Counted from the first letter of the stretch, positions 33,675 to 45,240 are shown. The stretch: DNA of 64,000 nt from Mayamaea pseudoterrestris (GCA_027923505.1 BROI01000001.1:2728001-2792000); one strand, 5' to 3'. Notes: generated from the letters alone by a model not told the origin. A program made the numbers and translations.

Positions 33675-35972
33675 ATGATTGCACTCCGGGGCATTGTAGA
33701 AAAATCATCCGACGGCCGTAACTACTCGTGGAAGGGACGATGGGCGTTCGGGTCCGATGTTCCAGCCGCCAGTCCATCAGCACTTCCTTTCGAATACGTA
33801 TGGGAGTCGCCAGTGGACCCAGCGAGCATTTCTGTTCCTTCAGTCGAGCTTCAAAACGAACCTTTTGAAGAAGAAGTGGAAGGTCAATTGGCGGCTTTGG
33901 TAGATTCACAGGAAGAGATCAGCAGTCAGCTAGCCAAGCAATCTGCAGACGCTACGGAAGTTCTAAACGAAAGAGACAATATCGCAGACGACAAGGCAGC
34001 GGAAGCTACAGTAAAGCAAACACCAGTAATGAAAAACGATGAAAAGAGCGCGACTGTTGATGCAAAGATGACAAATGAAACAAACGAGCCAGCGAAATCC
34101 GCAACTGCCACCCAAAGCGACTTCACCACTCAGCCGTTTCAAGAAAAGCCAGCCGCGAATGAAACGCTCATGGAAACTCCTCGCGTCAAGAAAACGAGAA
34201 AGGTCTTTACATTTGCCGACCCCGTTAATCCTGGCGATCCAGCATTTACAGACGCATCATCCATCCACGATGGCTGCCCGCCATCGGGCTCTTGGAAGGG
34301 ATTCTTTGAAACCCTTCCACGCAAATCTAATCAGCCAAATGTTCCCATTCATGAACAGTGTTACTTGTTTTTGAATGCTACTCCACCCGCCGACGCCTTG
34401 GTACAATTTTGGGACGAATCGCAGCCGCCGAATGAAACTGCCAAATTCAAGCTTCCAGTCGGACACGTTTTGGTGCGAGGCATGGGAACTAATCAGTATG
34501 GAACATTTGAGCTAATTGGGTCGTATCATTTGCAGACGCACTTGTTGACTTGTCAGCGCATTTACGTGGCAGTACCGCCGTCACCAAAGAACAGTGGCCA
34601 TCGCAAGCGTCCCTCGAGTGGTGGAGGTGTTGGCGGGCCAGCAGACGACCATGGATCGGGTCGTCCCTATCGGACGCGCAACAAGCAATCATTTTCCTGG
34701 AAACAGCGACTGGATGAAAGCTCAGGCACACAAGCACCAGCTACGTCAAGCAGCAGTCGCCGCAAGCGATCACGCAGCGAAGGAACATTCGGGTTGGGCA
34801 AGCGGTTAAAGATTGCCATTCCAGACCACGCCGGCGAAGGAAGCATGACAGGTACATCCTTATTGACGCCCGCCAGTGCTGGATCGGAAGCTGCTGGGGG
34901 CTCCAATCGACCTTCACCACGCGGTATGTCGGTGCACGTTGCTCGCAAGTCAAATGCTGCTGTTGGCAATGGAACTATTAAGTTGCCAAACGCGGGTGAA
35001 CCTTCCAAGGCGCACTGGAGAGCGGCACACTTTTTGTATTACCATAGAGACGCGCCAGCTGCGACCGCTAGTGCTGCTTCGGCGTTGACGGGTGGACTGG
35101 TTGATATGGAAGCCGGTAGTGATGCGCCTACGAAGCCCTCAACTAGCGCCAGTGCTAATGCGGCCCCAAAGGCGGTTGTTTACGAAGGCGAAATGTATCA
35201 TGGTCAGCGTGATGGCCGTGGTATTTGCTTGTTCAATAATGGCTTATTGTACGAAGGAACCTGGCGACGCAACAAGGAGCACGGCATGGGCATCTTGATG
35301 ACGGCCGATCGCAAGCGCGTCATTTATAGGGGCGAATGGGATAAGGGGCGGATGAATGGACGTGGTGTATATTTTTATGGAACCGATCGTCGGGTGAAGA
35401 AGGATCAAAAGCCGGGAGCTCGATATGAGGGCGAGTTTAAGGAGAATCTCAAGCATGGGACGGGCATATATTACTTTGCCGATGGGTCTGTGTATGATGG
35501 AAGTTGGAGGGACGGCATGATGGCTGGTCGGGGCATTTTTACATGGCCAGATGAATCCGTTTACGAGGGTGAATGGAAGGACAGCAAGCGTCATGGCCAA
35601 GGTATTTTGAAGGCATCAGACGGCTTCTTTTACGACGGTAACTGGATTGCGAATGCTATGGAAGGGCGTGGGACGGCAGTCTATCCGAATGGCCAAAAGT
35701 ATATTGGCTTGTTTGTTTGCGGACGACGCGAGGGCCGCGGCACCATGCTTTTCACGAATGGGGCCACCTACGAAGGACGATTTCGTGACGATGCAATAGA
35801 TGGGCAAGGCACGCTACGTCTTTCACGCGCCATGGCGGTGCCTCGTGAGACGGAAGATGGCGAGGATGAGTCTGCAGTATCGAGCAAGCCAGACTTTATG
35901 ATCCCCGTGAGCTTTCAGAGTGATATGGGCCATATCCATCGCACCGCAGGCTTTACGCTTGGTGGTGAGTAG
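33675..35972 (+). CDS. MORN-repeat protein with uncharacterised N-terminal domains
   Basis: About 8-9 YEGEWxxGxxHGxG repeats at ~35180-35820. No PIP-kinase domain seen. Confidence 0.9.
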   Translation: MIALRGIVEKSSDGRNYSWKGRWAFGSDVPAASPSALPFEYVWESPVDPASISVPSVELQNEPFEEEVEGQLAALVDSQEEISSQLAKQSADATEVLNERDNIADDKAAEATVKQTPVMKNDEKSATVDAKMTNETNEPAKSATATQSDFTTQPFQEKPAANETLMETPRVKKTRKVFTFADPVNPGDPAFTDASSIHDGCPPSGSWKGFFETLPRKSNQPNVPIHEQCYLFLNATPPADALVQFWDESQPPNETAKFKLPVGHVLVRGMGTNQYGTFELIGSYHLQTHLLTCQRIYVAVPPSPKNSGHRKRPSSGGGVGGPADDHGSGRPYRTRNKQSFSWKQRLDESSGTQAPATSSSSRRKRSRSEGTFGLGKRLKIAIPDHAGEGSMTGTSLLTPASAGSEAAGGSNRPSPRGMSVHVARKSNAAVGNGTIKLPNAGEPSKAHWRAAHFLYYHRDAPAATASAASALTGGLVDMEAGSDAPTKPSTSASANAAPKAVVYEGEMYHGQRDGRGICLFNNGLLYEGTWRRNKEHGMGILMTADRKRVIYRGEWDKGRMNGRGVYFYGTDRRVKKDQKPGARYEGEFKENLKHGTGIYYFADGSVYDGSWRDGMMAGRGIFTWPDESVYEGEWKDSKRHGQGILKASDGFFYDGNWIANAMEGRGTAVYPNGQKYIGLFVCGRREGRGTMLFTNGATYEGRFRDDAIDGQGTLRLSRAMAVPRETEDGEDESAVSSKPDFMIPVSFQSDMGHIHRTAGFTLGGE

Positions 35973-36049
35973 TCAATTTTCATCTAGTTTAGACCGTCAA
36001 CCGTTTAAATAAAAAATGGCTTTCCTTATGCTACGTATCGTTTGTAAAT

Positions 36050-37387
36050 CTACTCGTCAGTGCCACATGCTTCTTCCATTATTTCAAGAGCTTGCTGAAC
36101 GTCGGCAATCAAATCATCCACATTCTCCAGGCCCACGCTGATCCTCAATAAACCAGGCGGACTCACTACTTTGCCTTCCGGCTCAATGCTCAATCGATGC
36201 TCTATTAACGTTTCCGTGCCGCCCAGACTCGTCGCTCGAGTAAAAACTAGCAAGGAACCAGCAAACGCCATGGCATGCTCCTCCGATGCCATTTCCACAC
36301 TCAAAACGCCGCCGTAATGGTCTTTCATCTGCAATGCAGCAATGTCATGCTGCAAATGAGACTGTAGTCCAGGATAATAAACTTTACTCACGCTTGTCGA
36401 CTGCTCCATCTGTTTGTGCTGCTCGAAATATTGGGCCAGTGTAAGCGCTGTTTGGCACTGTCGTTCATATCGAATCGCCAACGTCTTCATTCCCCGCAAA
36501 ACTAACCAGCAGTCCATAGGTGACGCTACTCCGCCAAGGCTGGTTTGCACGGATCGCAGCTTGGGCAGCAGGTCTTGCGCACAGGACGGATGCACCGTCG
36601 CCACTCCACATAGCGCATCCGAGTGGCCGCCCAAGTACTTGGTCGCCGACTGTACGACGATATCTGCTCCGAGCAAAAGTGGTTGCTGTAATGGGGCAAG
36701 TGTCGTGTCAACCACTGTGGTGATGCTGCAACGAAATGGGTTCGCGTTGGAAACACATTCCTTCACAGTGCGGCAGGCGAGCGCAATATCCACCACTTGT
36801 GTTTGCGGATTGGACGGAGTCTCCATCCACAGGATCATGTTTGTGTAATTTTTGACTAACAAACTATTTCGCAACAAGAATTCTAAATCTTGCATGTCAA
36901 TCCGCTTGGTCGTCACGTTGAACCTTGCAAAAACGTCATCCAACACGGTTGGGACTCCGTGATACAAGTCTGTTGGCAGCAAGACCAAGAGAGGAGCTTG
37001 ATGCGCAAGGATAATGGACGAAACGGCCATCATGCCTGAGGCGAATGCACACGAGTAGTTTACGTGGCTGTCGATGCTTGTGAAGCCATGCAATTCTAAT
37101 TTCGTCACTTCCCTCTCCAACAGTAGTCGGGTTGGATTGTCGTGGCGGGTATAGTGAAAATCCTCTTCCCGAAACACTCCATTCGCAGGTCGCGTATACG
37201 TCGTTGCCATGTGTAAGGGTGGTGCGAGAGGAGCATTACGCGTAATCTCGTTGGAGAAACCAACCTGCGCAAGTATCGTTTCAACTGATGATGAATGCGA
37301 TGAACTTTCTTTGCGGTGTTGACGTCGCTGCTCTGCTAGTCTCTGGGCGCGTTCACCCGCTTTCTGCGCTTGTAATGATGTTGGCAT
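36050..37387 (-). CDS. Cystathionine gamma-synthase/lyase family PLP enzyme
   Basis: YTRHDNPTR, FASGM, WMETPSNP, SATKYLGGHSD (PLP lysine), SLGGTETLI, LLRISVGLE. Confidence 0.93.
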   Translation of the reverse strand: MPTSLQAQKAGERAQRLAEQRRQHRKESSSHSSSVETILAQVGFSNEITRNAPLAPPLHMATTYTRPANGVFREEDFHYTRHDNPTRLLLEREVTKLELHGFTSIDSHVNYSCAFASGMMAVSSIILAHQAPLLVLLPTDLYHGVPTVLDDVFARFNVTTKRIDMQDLEFLLRNSLLVKNYTNMILWMETPSNPQTQVVDIALACRTVKECVSNANPFRCSITTVVDTTLAPLQQPLLLGADIVVQSATKYLGGHSDALCGVATVHPSCAQDLLPKLRSVQTSLGGVASPMDCWLVLRGMKTLAIRYERQCQTALTLAQYFEQHKQMEQSTSVSKVYYPGLQSHLQHDIAALQMKDHYGGVLSVEMASEEHAMAFAGSLLVFTRATSLGGTETLIEHRLSIEPEGKVVSPPGLLRISVGLENVDDLIADVQQALEIMEEACGTDE

Positions 37388-37665
37388 GACTACCTATCGA
37401 AGGTTTGATGCCAACTATAGTAGAAGAAATGAGACGTCGGACGAAGGTTTGGATCTTTATTCTTTATCATTCGTTTTGTTCGTATTCAATGCCGCATGAA
37501 CGCATTTGAGTCGCATGAGCGCTGCGACAATGATCCATCCGACTTGGACAAGAGGAGAAGCAAGAACCTCCGTCGCGTAGACGTTTACTTGCAACGCTAT
37601 TTGTTGCAGTGTATTATTTACTCGAACACCAAAGCGTTCCGAACCAGAAAAGGACAATTATCAGA

Positions 37666-39456
37666 ATGCGAGCAAATCAATCCGGTCTAGCGCAGTCGTC
37701 GAAGAAACGACATGGCGACATAAATGGTCTCGATCAAACTCTCTCTCTATATATTTTGGCGTTGGTACTGATTTATACAGTGGTGACAGTCTTGACATAT
37801 ACCAAGATTTCAAGCAGCGATGCAGCAGGAGCAATGGCTGCTGAGAGCTCGAGTAGTTCTGGGACAACGGTTCAAGCAGTGGATCAACAGTCGCAACAAA
37901 AAATGTTACTTGATCCGATCACGACCCTTCAGCATACTTTTCCAATTCACGGAACGGACATGGAGGAGATACCACATCCGGGATTAAGCATTGCCACTGA
38001 AAAAAGTAACATTCCTAAAGACTTGCCCCGAACTATGATGGTACCCAAGTTTTTTGATGACTCGCATGGACATGCATACGGCGGAAGCATCCGAAACTAT
38101 TTAAATAATGGCGAGCAACTCATGAATCCTGAACAGGCTGCAAAGATTGGTAGTATTGACGCAAATGGCCGCGAAACAATCTTTTGTAGCGTCGCCAGCT
38201 ACCGCGATCCCGAATGTAATCCAACCGTCGAAGACTTGTACGCTCGCGCCAAGTATCCAGAACGGATCCGCGTTGCCATTTTGGATCAGCGCATTGATGG
38301 CGACAATCATTGCAGAATTCCTGCGCAACCATGCGATACTCATCCTGACCAAGCATTTTGCAAGTATCGTCATTTGATTGATGTTTACGAAATGGATGCC
38401 CGACTGGCAGTTGGGCCTGTCTTTGCTCGACACTTGGGGCATCGGCACTATCGAGGCGAATTCTTTGCAATGCAGCTCGACAGTCATGTTCGATTCATTC
38501 AAGGATGGGATGTCGACATTGTTGATCAATGGAAGTCAGCTAAAAATGAGATGGCCGTCTTGACCACATATCTTTCGGACATTACTGATAGCATTGATCA
38601 AATCACGCATACATCGAAGCATCCAGCAAGGCCAATCATGTGTCAGTCAGACTATGAGGGACAAGGCGCATACAAGCATTTGAGGCACGGTCAGCAACCA
38701 GAAGGCACTCCGGGAATTCGTGGACAGCCGACACTACATCCCTTTTGGGCGGCTGGCTTTTCGTTTGCGCGAGGACACTTTGTAATTCAAGGTACACGAT
38801 GAGTGTGCGAGGACGTGTTTTGATAATGTGCGTCAATGCATGGCTCGCTTACTATTATTTTTAAATCTCTCTGCAACAGTCCCATATGATCAGTATCAAC
38901 CAATGGTTTTTCAGGGAGAGGAAATTTCAATTGGCTTGCGAGGTGAGTAGGTTTGGCCATGCAGGTAAAGGAATTGACTTTGACTCACGCGACGACCTAT
39001 ACGTTCTCATCTGCAGCTTTCACGTACGGATACGATTTTTACGCGCCGGAGCGAGGGGTTTGTTTTCACATGTATGCTATCAATGACAATAAGGAGAAGC
39101 GAAAGAGTGTTCCATTGTTTTGGGAGAATGGCAAGACATACGCAGGCGTTGGTATGCGGGCAATGAAGCGATTGAACAACATAATTGGAATGGCTAAGGA
39201 CAAGGACGAAGATTGGCAACACGAGGATATTGAAAAGTACGGTCTTGGTAAAGTGCGAGACCCTGCCAAATTCTTTAGTACGTTTGGCATTCACACGGAG
39301 TCTCAAACAGTGGAAGCTCACTTGTGTCGTTTTGTTGGCAAGCCAATGATGGAGGTATTTCTCCCCGCCCTGAGGACGAATCGAATGGGGATCGACTACG
39401 ACAAGATTGATTACGTGTTTGTAGATCCAGAAAAGAAAGATAAGATAAAGCAGTAA
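37666..39456 (+). CDS. GT60 polypeptide alpha-GlcNAc transferase (Gnt1/Gnt2-like), type II membrane; exons 37666-38791, 38880-38942, 39017-39456
   Basis: TIFCSVASYRDPEC, GPVFARH, QLDSHVRF..WD, FWAAGFSF, VPYD...FQGEEISIGLRAFTYGYDFY. N-terminal TM. Introns 38792-38879 and 38943-39016 are in frame. Confidence 0.9.
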
Positions 39457-39489
39457 GAGTGTAACATAATCATAGCAGTAATTTTATCT

Positions 39490-41094
39490 TTATTCTTCTC
39501 TCAGCGCTTTCCAAACACCTGTTTTGCTCTGGTAGCGCATGATGCCAGTTACAACTTGCGTGCCCATGAATGCAGCGAGCGCCCACCAAATTTGCTCGAG
39601 GCCGATGGCATTACCTCCTCTTCTACCGTACCATATCATACCGACGCATGAAACATTCGCCAGCCACATGGCGGTCATGGTGAAAAACCAGTCCAAACCT
39701 CCCATCATAATGCCGTTCACTGGATATGCCAGGCCTTTCAACACTTGCGTTAACAGGACGACAGGAAAAATCGCAGCTGCGGCGGCTTGAATATCGAGAT
39801 TGGTTGTCAAACTCTTAATGATCCACTCGCGACGCCACCATGTGCTTAATGATAAGACTGTCGCAACAAGACCTCCGACGCCGACGCTAAAATTGATGAG
39901 ATGTCGAAGTAGCTTGCCTTTGGTCACTCCATCGAATGATTTTGTATCGGCCAGCTCTCGCGCCAGCAACGTTTGGACAGCCACGGCTACCGCCTCGCAA
40001 ATTTGAGTCGTTGCAAATCCAAGCTGAAATGTTAGATTGTAGGCAGCTGCCGCGACTGGCCCCAGTAGCGCAGCCTGTCGTGCGCAAACGGAATACGCCA
40101 GGACCTTGCCCATGGTCCGAAACAGGACCAAAGACCCCGCTCGCAGGTACTCCTTTAGGGTTCCACCAAGTTGTTTAAACTGTCCAATGATATCGATCGT
40201 AACTTTTCGATGCAAGGCCAGCAGGAGTGGTATGAGTGCAGCGTATTGCGCCAGCGCCGTTCCGGCGGCAGCCCCACTTGCTCCCCAGCCGAAAACGAAA
40301 ATAAAGAGCGGATCCAAAACAATATTTAACAAAGTAAATGCCAAACTATATATCAATGGCGTTTGCGTGTCACCCAGTCCTCGAAAAATCCCATTCGCCA
40401 CAAGCCACAATGTAGCCGCTGGAGTTCCCAGCGCTCGTACACGCAGATAGCTAACTGCCGACGGATACATGACATTTGCAGGCGCAAGTCCCATACTGCG
40501 TGTAATGGCGCGACAACCAAGGGTGTAGACGAGGCATTGGATCAATCCTACCGTCGCTGCGAGCAAAAGAGCGCTGCTGACGGCAATGGATAGTTGAGCG
40601 GCAGAAGTTGCAGATTGCTCGGCTGCGCTGTCAATAGCGTCATTATCTGTAAGTTCTTGGCACCTCGCTCTTCCATCTTGCGAAGCGACAAGACTGATAC
40701 TCGTTCGTAATAGAGGATCGTTGTACAGCTTTGATACTGCGTACTGTGCTGATATTGCGACTCCAGCTCCACCTAAGACTTCTGGTCCAAGACGCCCAAG
40801 GTAGGCAGTGTCAACCAAGGATGCCAATGGTTCAGCCGCCAATTGAATCAAAGCAGGGCCACCAATGCGAAGAAATTCAAACGACAATTTATCTTTCAGC
40901 TTTTTCAGATCGCTTGTAGAAGCATCGCACTGAGATGACTGTGCTGCTGAAGTCAACAATGGTTCATGTCGATGGATTGGTCGGCTGAGAGTGGGACGAG
41001 GCGATCGTTGAATAATCCAGAGCTTTCGCGACGGCAAGACGAATGTGTGGCACACAGTCAAATACCACGCAATAAGGATCAAGTGAAGCTTCAT
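39490..41094 (-). CDS. MATE (DTX/DinF-like) efflux transporter, probable plastid presequence
   Basis: PALIQLAAEPLASLVDTAYLGRLG, GIFRGLGDTQTPL, NIVLDPLFIF...GASGAAAGT, many TM segments. CHT|FVLP presequence. Confidence 0.93.
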   Translation of the reverse strand: MKLHLILIAWYLTVCHTFVLPSRKLWIIQRSPRPTLSRPIHRHEPLLTSAAQSSQCDASTSDLKKLKDKLSFEFLRIGGPALIQLAAEPLASLVDTAYLGRLGPEVLGGAGVAISAQYAVSKLYNDPLLRTSISLVASQDGRARCQELTDNDAIDSAAEQSATSAAQLSIAVSSALLLAATVGLIQCLVYTLGCRAITRSMGLAPANVMYPSAVSYLRVRALGTPAATLWLVANGIFRGLGDTQTPLIYSLAFTLLNIVLDPLFIFVFGWGASGAAAGTALAQYAALIPLLLALHRKVTIDIIGQFKQLGGTLKEYLRAGSLVLFRTMGKVLAYSVCARQAALLGPVAAAAYNLTFQLGFATTQICEAVAVAVQTLLARELADTKSFDGVTKGKLLRHLINFSVGVGGLVATVLSLSTWWRREWIIKSLTTNLDIQAAAAAIFPVVLLTQVLKGLAYPVNGIMMGGLDWFFTMTAMWLANVSCVGMIWYGRRGGNAIGLEQIWWALAAFMGTQVVTGIMRYQSKTGVWKALREE

Positions 41095-41764
41095 CGTCCA
41101 AGTCAGAATTCAGCTGGAAGTAGCTAAAAGAGCGCTGTCTCGTTGTCTTTACTGCATGGATTTGTCATCATTGCCGAACAAAGAATGATCCTCTCGTATG
41201 CAATACCGGTACCGGTACGATCGAGTAAAATGAGAACCGCTACGATGTTGATGATTGGCAGCTAAGGATTACGTACCGATATAGGAAAACGTAAAAGACA
41301 GCGTTCCTTTTTCAGCAACTGGTCACACGACCAAACTTGTTTCGGTTTGAGACAAAGTCTTGCGAACAAGCCTAGGATCTTGGATAGAAAATGAGCTAGC
41401 TATGGTTAGCGGCTGGGACATACTTGTACAAGGTACGGACGACGATTCAGCGTCGCCCATCGCTACTGCACAGCGGTATCGGCAGCCCGTGACATGCTAC
41501 TCGCATTTACTTAGATACTAGATGAAACTGCATATAAAAAGGTCACTCGAATTGCTGCGAGACATGGAAATTAGAGTCAAGCTGCGCGGGCAAAAGACTA
41601 CCGGTAGATAGGACCGCGAGTGTACAAACACTTTCAGGATGGTCCGCGTGGATTTCGATGTTTTGGCGCAAGTGATTTAGCTATCTAAGCCTCGGTCAAG
41701 GCAGTTAAGGCGTCGGCATGGTAACGCAATGATAGTCCACTTCATATGAATGCAATATATGTTC

Positions 41765-44686
41765 TTATATGAAGTTTTCTCGTACATTTGTCAGATTTCC
41801 TTCTCGAAATTTACAGAGCACATCCTGAACTTTGGCTTCTACCTTTTCAGCGAGCAACAAGCTATCCTCAGCCGAACTAGGGTCCTCGAAACCTCGCAAG
41901 GAAGCCAAAGACTTGCGATTCTTCAATCGTTCGTCCAGCATTTGCTCCAAGATCTCCACTTTCTTCGTAGCATTCGTACTTAAACCGCCAAGCTTCACCT
42001 TTTCCGGAGTGACAATGAGAGGCTCATCGACACTAACATTCAAGTCTGACTTTTTTGGAATCTGCAAAACATTTCCCCGTATTTGATCAAGCAGTTCCTT
42101 GCGCGTCTGTTGCTCCGTGCTAGCTTCCTCTGAGATGTGCAGAAACTCTTCACTCGTCATATTTGCGATTGACCCTGGGGCTACTCGGCAAGATTGGCGC
42201 AGCGAGATTATTGGCACCACATGATCTTCCGCGCAAACGTCATTTTCTTGTTGTTTGAGCAATCCGTGCAGGGACGAGATGGATGCACACTCATCAATCA
42301 TCGCAATTGTGCTCTCGTCAAGACTATTTTCCAGTACGCTCGATTCGGCTGACTTCTGTCCGAGCTCTGCAAAGCACTCTTGGTAATTGGTGGATTGCTC
42401 AGGCGAAACTAGGTGGGAGCTAAATTGCTGTCCATTTGCTCTACGGTTTTTAATTCGTGGCGTCTCGTCTGGCTTTACGTGCTCATTTTCTCCGCCCCGA
42501 TGTTCCATGTAATCTCTTTTCTTGCAGGTTCCTGTCGGTGTAACGACTGACGCGGGCTCTATCCTTTCAATTTGTTGTTCCGGTGATGTTAATACTTCTG
42601 GCATTTCATTTAAGCGCTTGACTATTGATGGCGACTGAGCTACGACGATATTTCCATCTGCTGCAGCAGCAGCCTGAAATTTTTCGTCCAAGAGAGCAGC
42701 ATTAATGGGGGACTCAGCTGTAGTCACATGCTTGCGTTGCTCGACAGGTGTTACAGCGTCTTCATTCGCGTCGTTCGTCGGACAATCGACTTGAGTGTGT
42801 TTTTTAAACTCTTGAAGACGCTTCTCTATTTTGGCCAATACTTCGGCAGTCGATGCTTCACTTGCACCAAACTTCTTTCTGGGACGGAATGGTTTGGCAT
42901 ACTCAGGGGGAAATTGAGACGCTGAAACATCGTCCGCTAGATCCGAAACCCAACTTGCATCATCCCCCATGTTGCGTTTAATGTTGGGAGACGAAAACGA
43001 AACCTCGATGTTAGTAATTTCCACATCGGAGCTAAATGAATGTAATGCGGGTGCCGACATTCCGCTGGTGCTAGGTCGTCTGCGACGCACAGGTCCATAG
43101 TCGCCGGTTCCAACACTAGAAACACTACTGGCCACAAATATTTGGCCACCGCCACCCATTGAGTGGGCTCGACTCCTCGAGTCTCGTTTCCTCATCTTCC
43201 GAGGCATGCGCTTGTGCTCAAACAGCTTGCGTTGCGCCTCCATGTCCCTTTCATTCAGCAAAGATAGACTGCGATGTGAAGAATCATCTTTTCCTTCAAA
43301 GGCAAAGTCCGTCCCTTGAAAGTCAAAATACCACGACGATGAGTCTCCCAAAGTAAATGAGTTGGAACGAGTTATTCGGCGCTGTGACCGTCGTGCCGTA
43401 ATATTCTTGGAAGCGCTGCCTGCTTTGCCCGAGTCGGATGTGAGTCGTTTATCTGGTGGCGTCAATGGATTTAAGATGTTCGTCAGACTCTTTCGTGGAG
43501 GCAATCGGTTTTCCTTTGCCACTAGCTCCATGGCTTGAAAATCTTTATACAACTCCTTGTACGATTTAACGTCTTCTATTCGTTCTTGAAGCTTGTTCGC
43601 CCGAGCTTGTTTGTTAATTTGCTTCTGCTGAAGTTTTTGCTGGAGCGCCATGCGATGAAAGTGGCTAAGCGTTTGTGGATGTACTGAAGCCGTTCCTGTG
43701 TCTGTTTGCGTCCATGGCGTCGTCGGTGAAACAATTGCTCGACCAGGCGACACTGGCGGAATGTACTTTGTGCGAATCGAATTAATGATTAAGCGACCAG
43801 GCTCATCCTCGTCGTCGCCGTGAAGTTCATGGTAGTCTTCCTCGTCGCTTGGAGCATCAGGATCTTGCTCTTCCGGTATTTCCGTTGCTGCAACCACTGG
43901 ACCAATTCTTGCAATGGAATGCAATTGAGGTACCGAATCCTCCTGGTCGTCGTCATGAGCTTGCTGGTGTTGGATCAAGGGCGCAAGCGGACTAAATCGC
44001 GACCGCGCTGCACTTCGAAGTCGTAGCTGGGATCCGTGCCTCGTCAGCTTGTCAAATGGACCCATTGGATTTATTTCATTTGTTGCAAGAGAAAATGTTG
44101 CAGCAACTGTCTTTTGTAGCGGAAAAACTGCTCCCTTATCAATCTGATGAATCGTGTCGGATTGAGCAAGATTCGGCTGAAAAGTTTCGGGTGGCAAAAT
44201 TTCAAGGCCTCTTAGTTTCCTGGAACCTGGAGTCACTGGCGACGTTGACGCAGACGACGATGAAGACGTGTACATTGAAATGTCGGGCGAGTAAGGGACC
44301 CATCGAGAGCCATTAGTTGCTCTGCCTGGCGTTCCATTGGAAGCAATATCAATTACTTGAAGCTCTAGTTTATGTTGATTGCCGCGCATCATCGCATCGT
44401 CATCATCTGGGACTGAAGACAAGGGCGATATGGTCTGCAGAGGAGACACTAGTGCTGCAGCTGGAATTCGATGCGGTGAAGAAGTAGGTGAAGCATGATT
44501 GACGCTCACGATAAGTGACGACAAATTGGCATGCTCAACATCAAAGTCGTCTTCAACGTCCGGAATGACAGTCGCTAACCTAGGCGAACTCAGTCGTTGC
44601 AGCAGCGTCGACGCCCTTCTTGGAGATGAAATTGAGCTGGAAACTTTTTCATCAACAGCCGCCTTCTTGCTTTGACAGCCGCCCAT
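41765..44686 (-). CDS. Largely disordered protein with a putative N-myristoylation/palmitoylation motif
   Basis: 973-aa ORF starting MGGCQSKK. S/P/E-rich, with a short coiled coil. Confidence 0.75.
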   Translation of the reverse strand: MGGCQSKKAAVDEKVSSSISSPRRASTLLQRLSSPRLATVIPDVEDDFDVEHANLSSLIVSVNHASPTSSPHRIPAAALVSPLQTISPLSSVPDDDDAMMRGNQHKLELQVIDIASNGTPGRATNGSRWVPYSPDISMYTSSSSSASTSPVTPGSRKLRGLEILPPETFQPNLAQSDTIHQIDKGAVFPLQKTVAATFSLATNEINPMGPFDKLTRHGSQLRLRSAARSRFSPLAPLIQHQQAHDDDQEDSVPQLHSIARIGPVVAATEIPEEQDPDAPSDEEDYHELHGDDEDEPGRLIINSIRTKYIPPVSPGRAIVSPTTPWTQTDTGTASVHPQTLSHFHRMALQQKLQQKQINKQARANKLQERIEDVKSYKELYKDFQAMELVAKENRLPPRKSLTNILNPLTPPDKRLTSDSGKAGSASKNITARRSQRRITRSNSFTLGDSSSWYFDFQGTDFAFEGKDDSSHRSLSLLNERDMEAQRKLFEHKRMPRKMRKRDSRSRAHSMGGGGQIFVASSVSSVGTGDYGPVRRRRPSTSGMSAPALHSFSSDVEITNIEVSFSSPNIKRNMGDDASWVSDLADDVSASQFPPEYAKPFRPRKKFGASEASTAEVLAKIEKRLQEFKKHTQVDCPTNDANEDAVTPVEQRKHVTTAESPINAALLDEKFQAAAAADGNIVVAQSPSIVKRLNEMPEVLTSPEQQIERIEPASVVTPTGTCKKRDYMEHRGGENEHVKPDETPRIKNRRANGQQFSSHLVSPEQSTNYQECFAELGQKSAESSVLENSLDESTIAMIDECASISSLHGLLKQQENDVCAEDHVVPIISLRQSCRVAPGSIANMTSEEFLHISEEASTEQQTRKELLDQIRGNVLQIPKKSDLNVSVDEPLIVTPEKVKLGGLSTNATKKVEILEQMLDERLKNRKSLASLRGFEDPSSAEDSLLLAEKVEAKVQDVLCKFREGNLTNVRENFI

Positions 44687-45240
44687 GGTTAGTCGTACTT
44701 TCGTGTTGGAAGTTGTCGCGCCAAAATTCTATTCGCTCGACTTTTCTTGCAAACAAACTATCAGGCGGAACATAAAATAGTCGCCGCTTTCTTGCAGGGA
44801 GATGAAAATGTTGACTGCGAGTAAGCTATGCACCTCCGAATGTTGTACCTTTGATTGATCGTTGCACTCCCCTTGTTGAGGATGGGACAAACGTCGTCGG
44901 CGTCCACCGATCCAACTTCCGTCATTGTCGCCCGGAAATTTTCGACGTCACTGTCCGTTTCCGTTGTAGTCGCACGTCGAATCCATGTGCGAGCGGGCAT
45001 GATTTGCCAACATGCTAACTAGCTATCTGTAGTGAATCAATTAGATAACATTTGTGGGAGAGTCAACAATCATTACCTACTTAAAAAAATGACAAACAAA
45101 GCTGAAACTGACATCTGCAGCAGCCTACGTTCAAAACCACCCACCGACAATGACACCAAAAATATCGCTACCAGTTGTTACGGCACACACCACGCGGGGT
45201 TGGGCACCCGTATCGAGACTGATCACAAGTCACGTCCACA

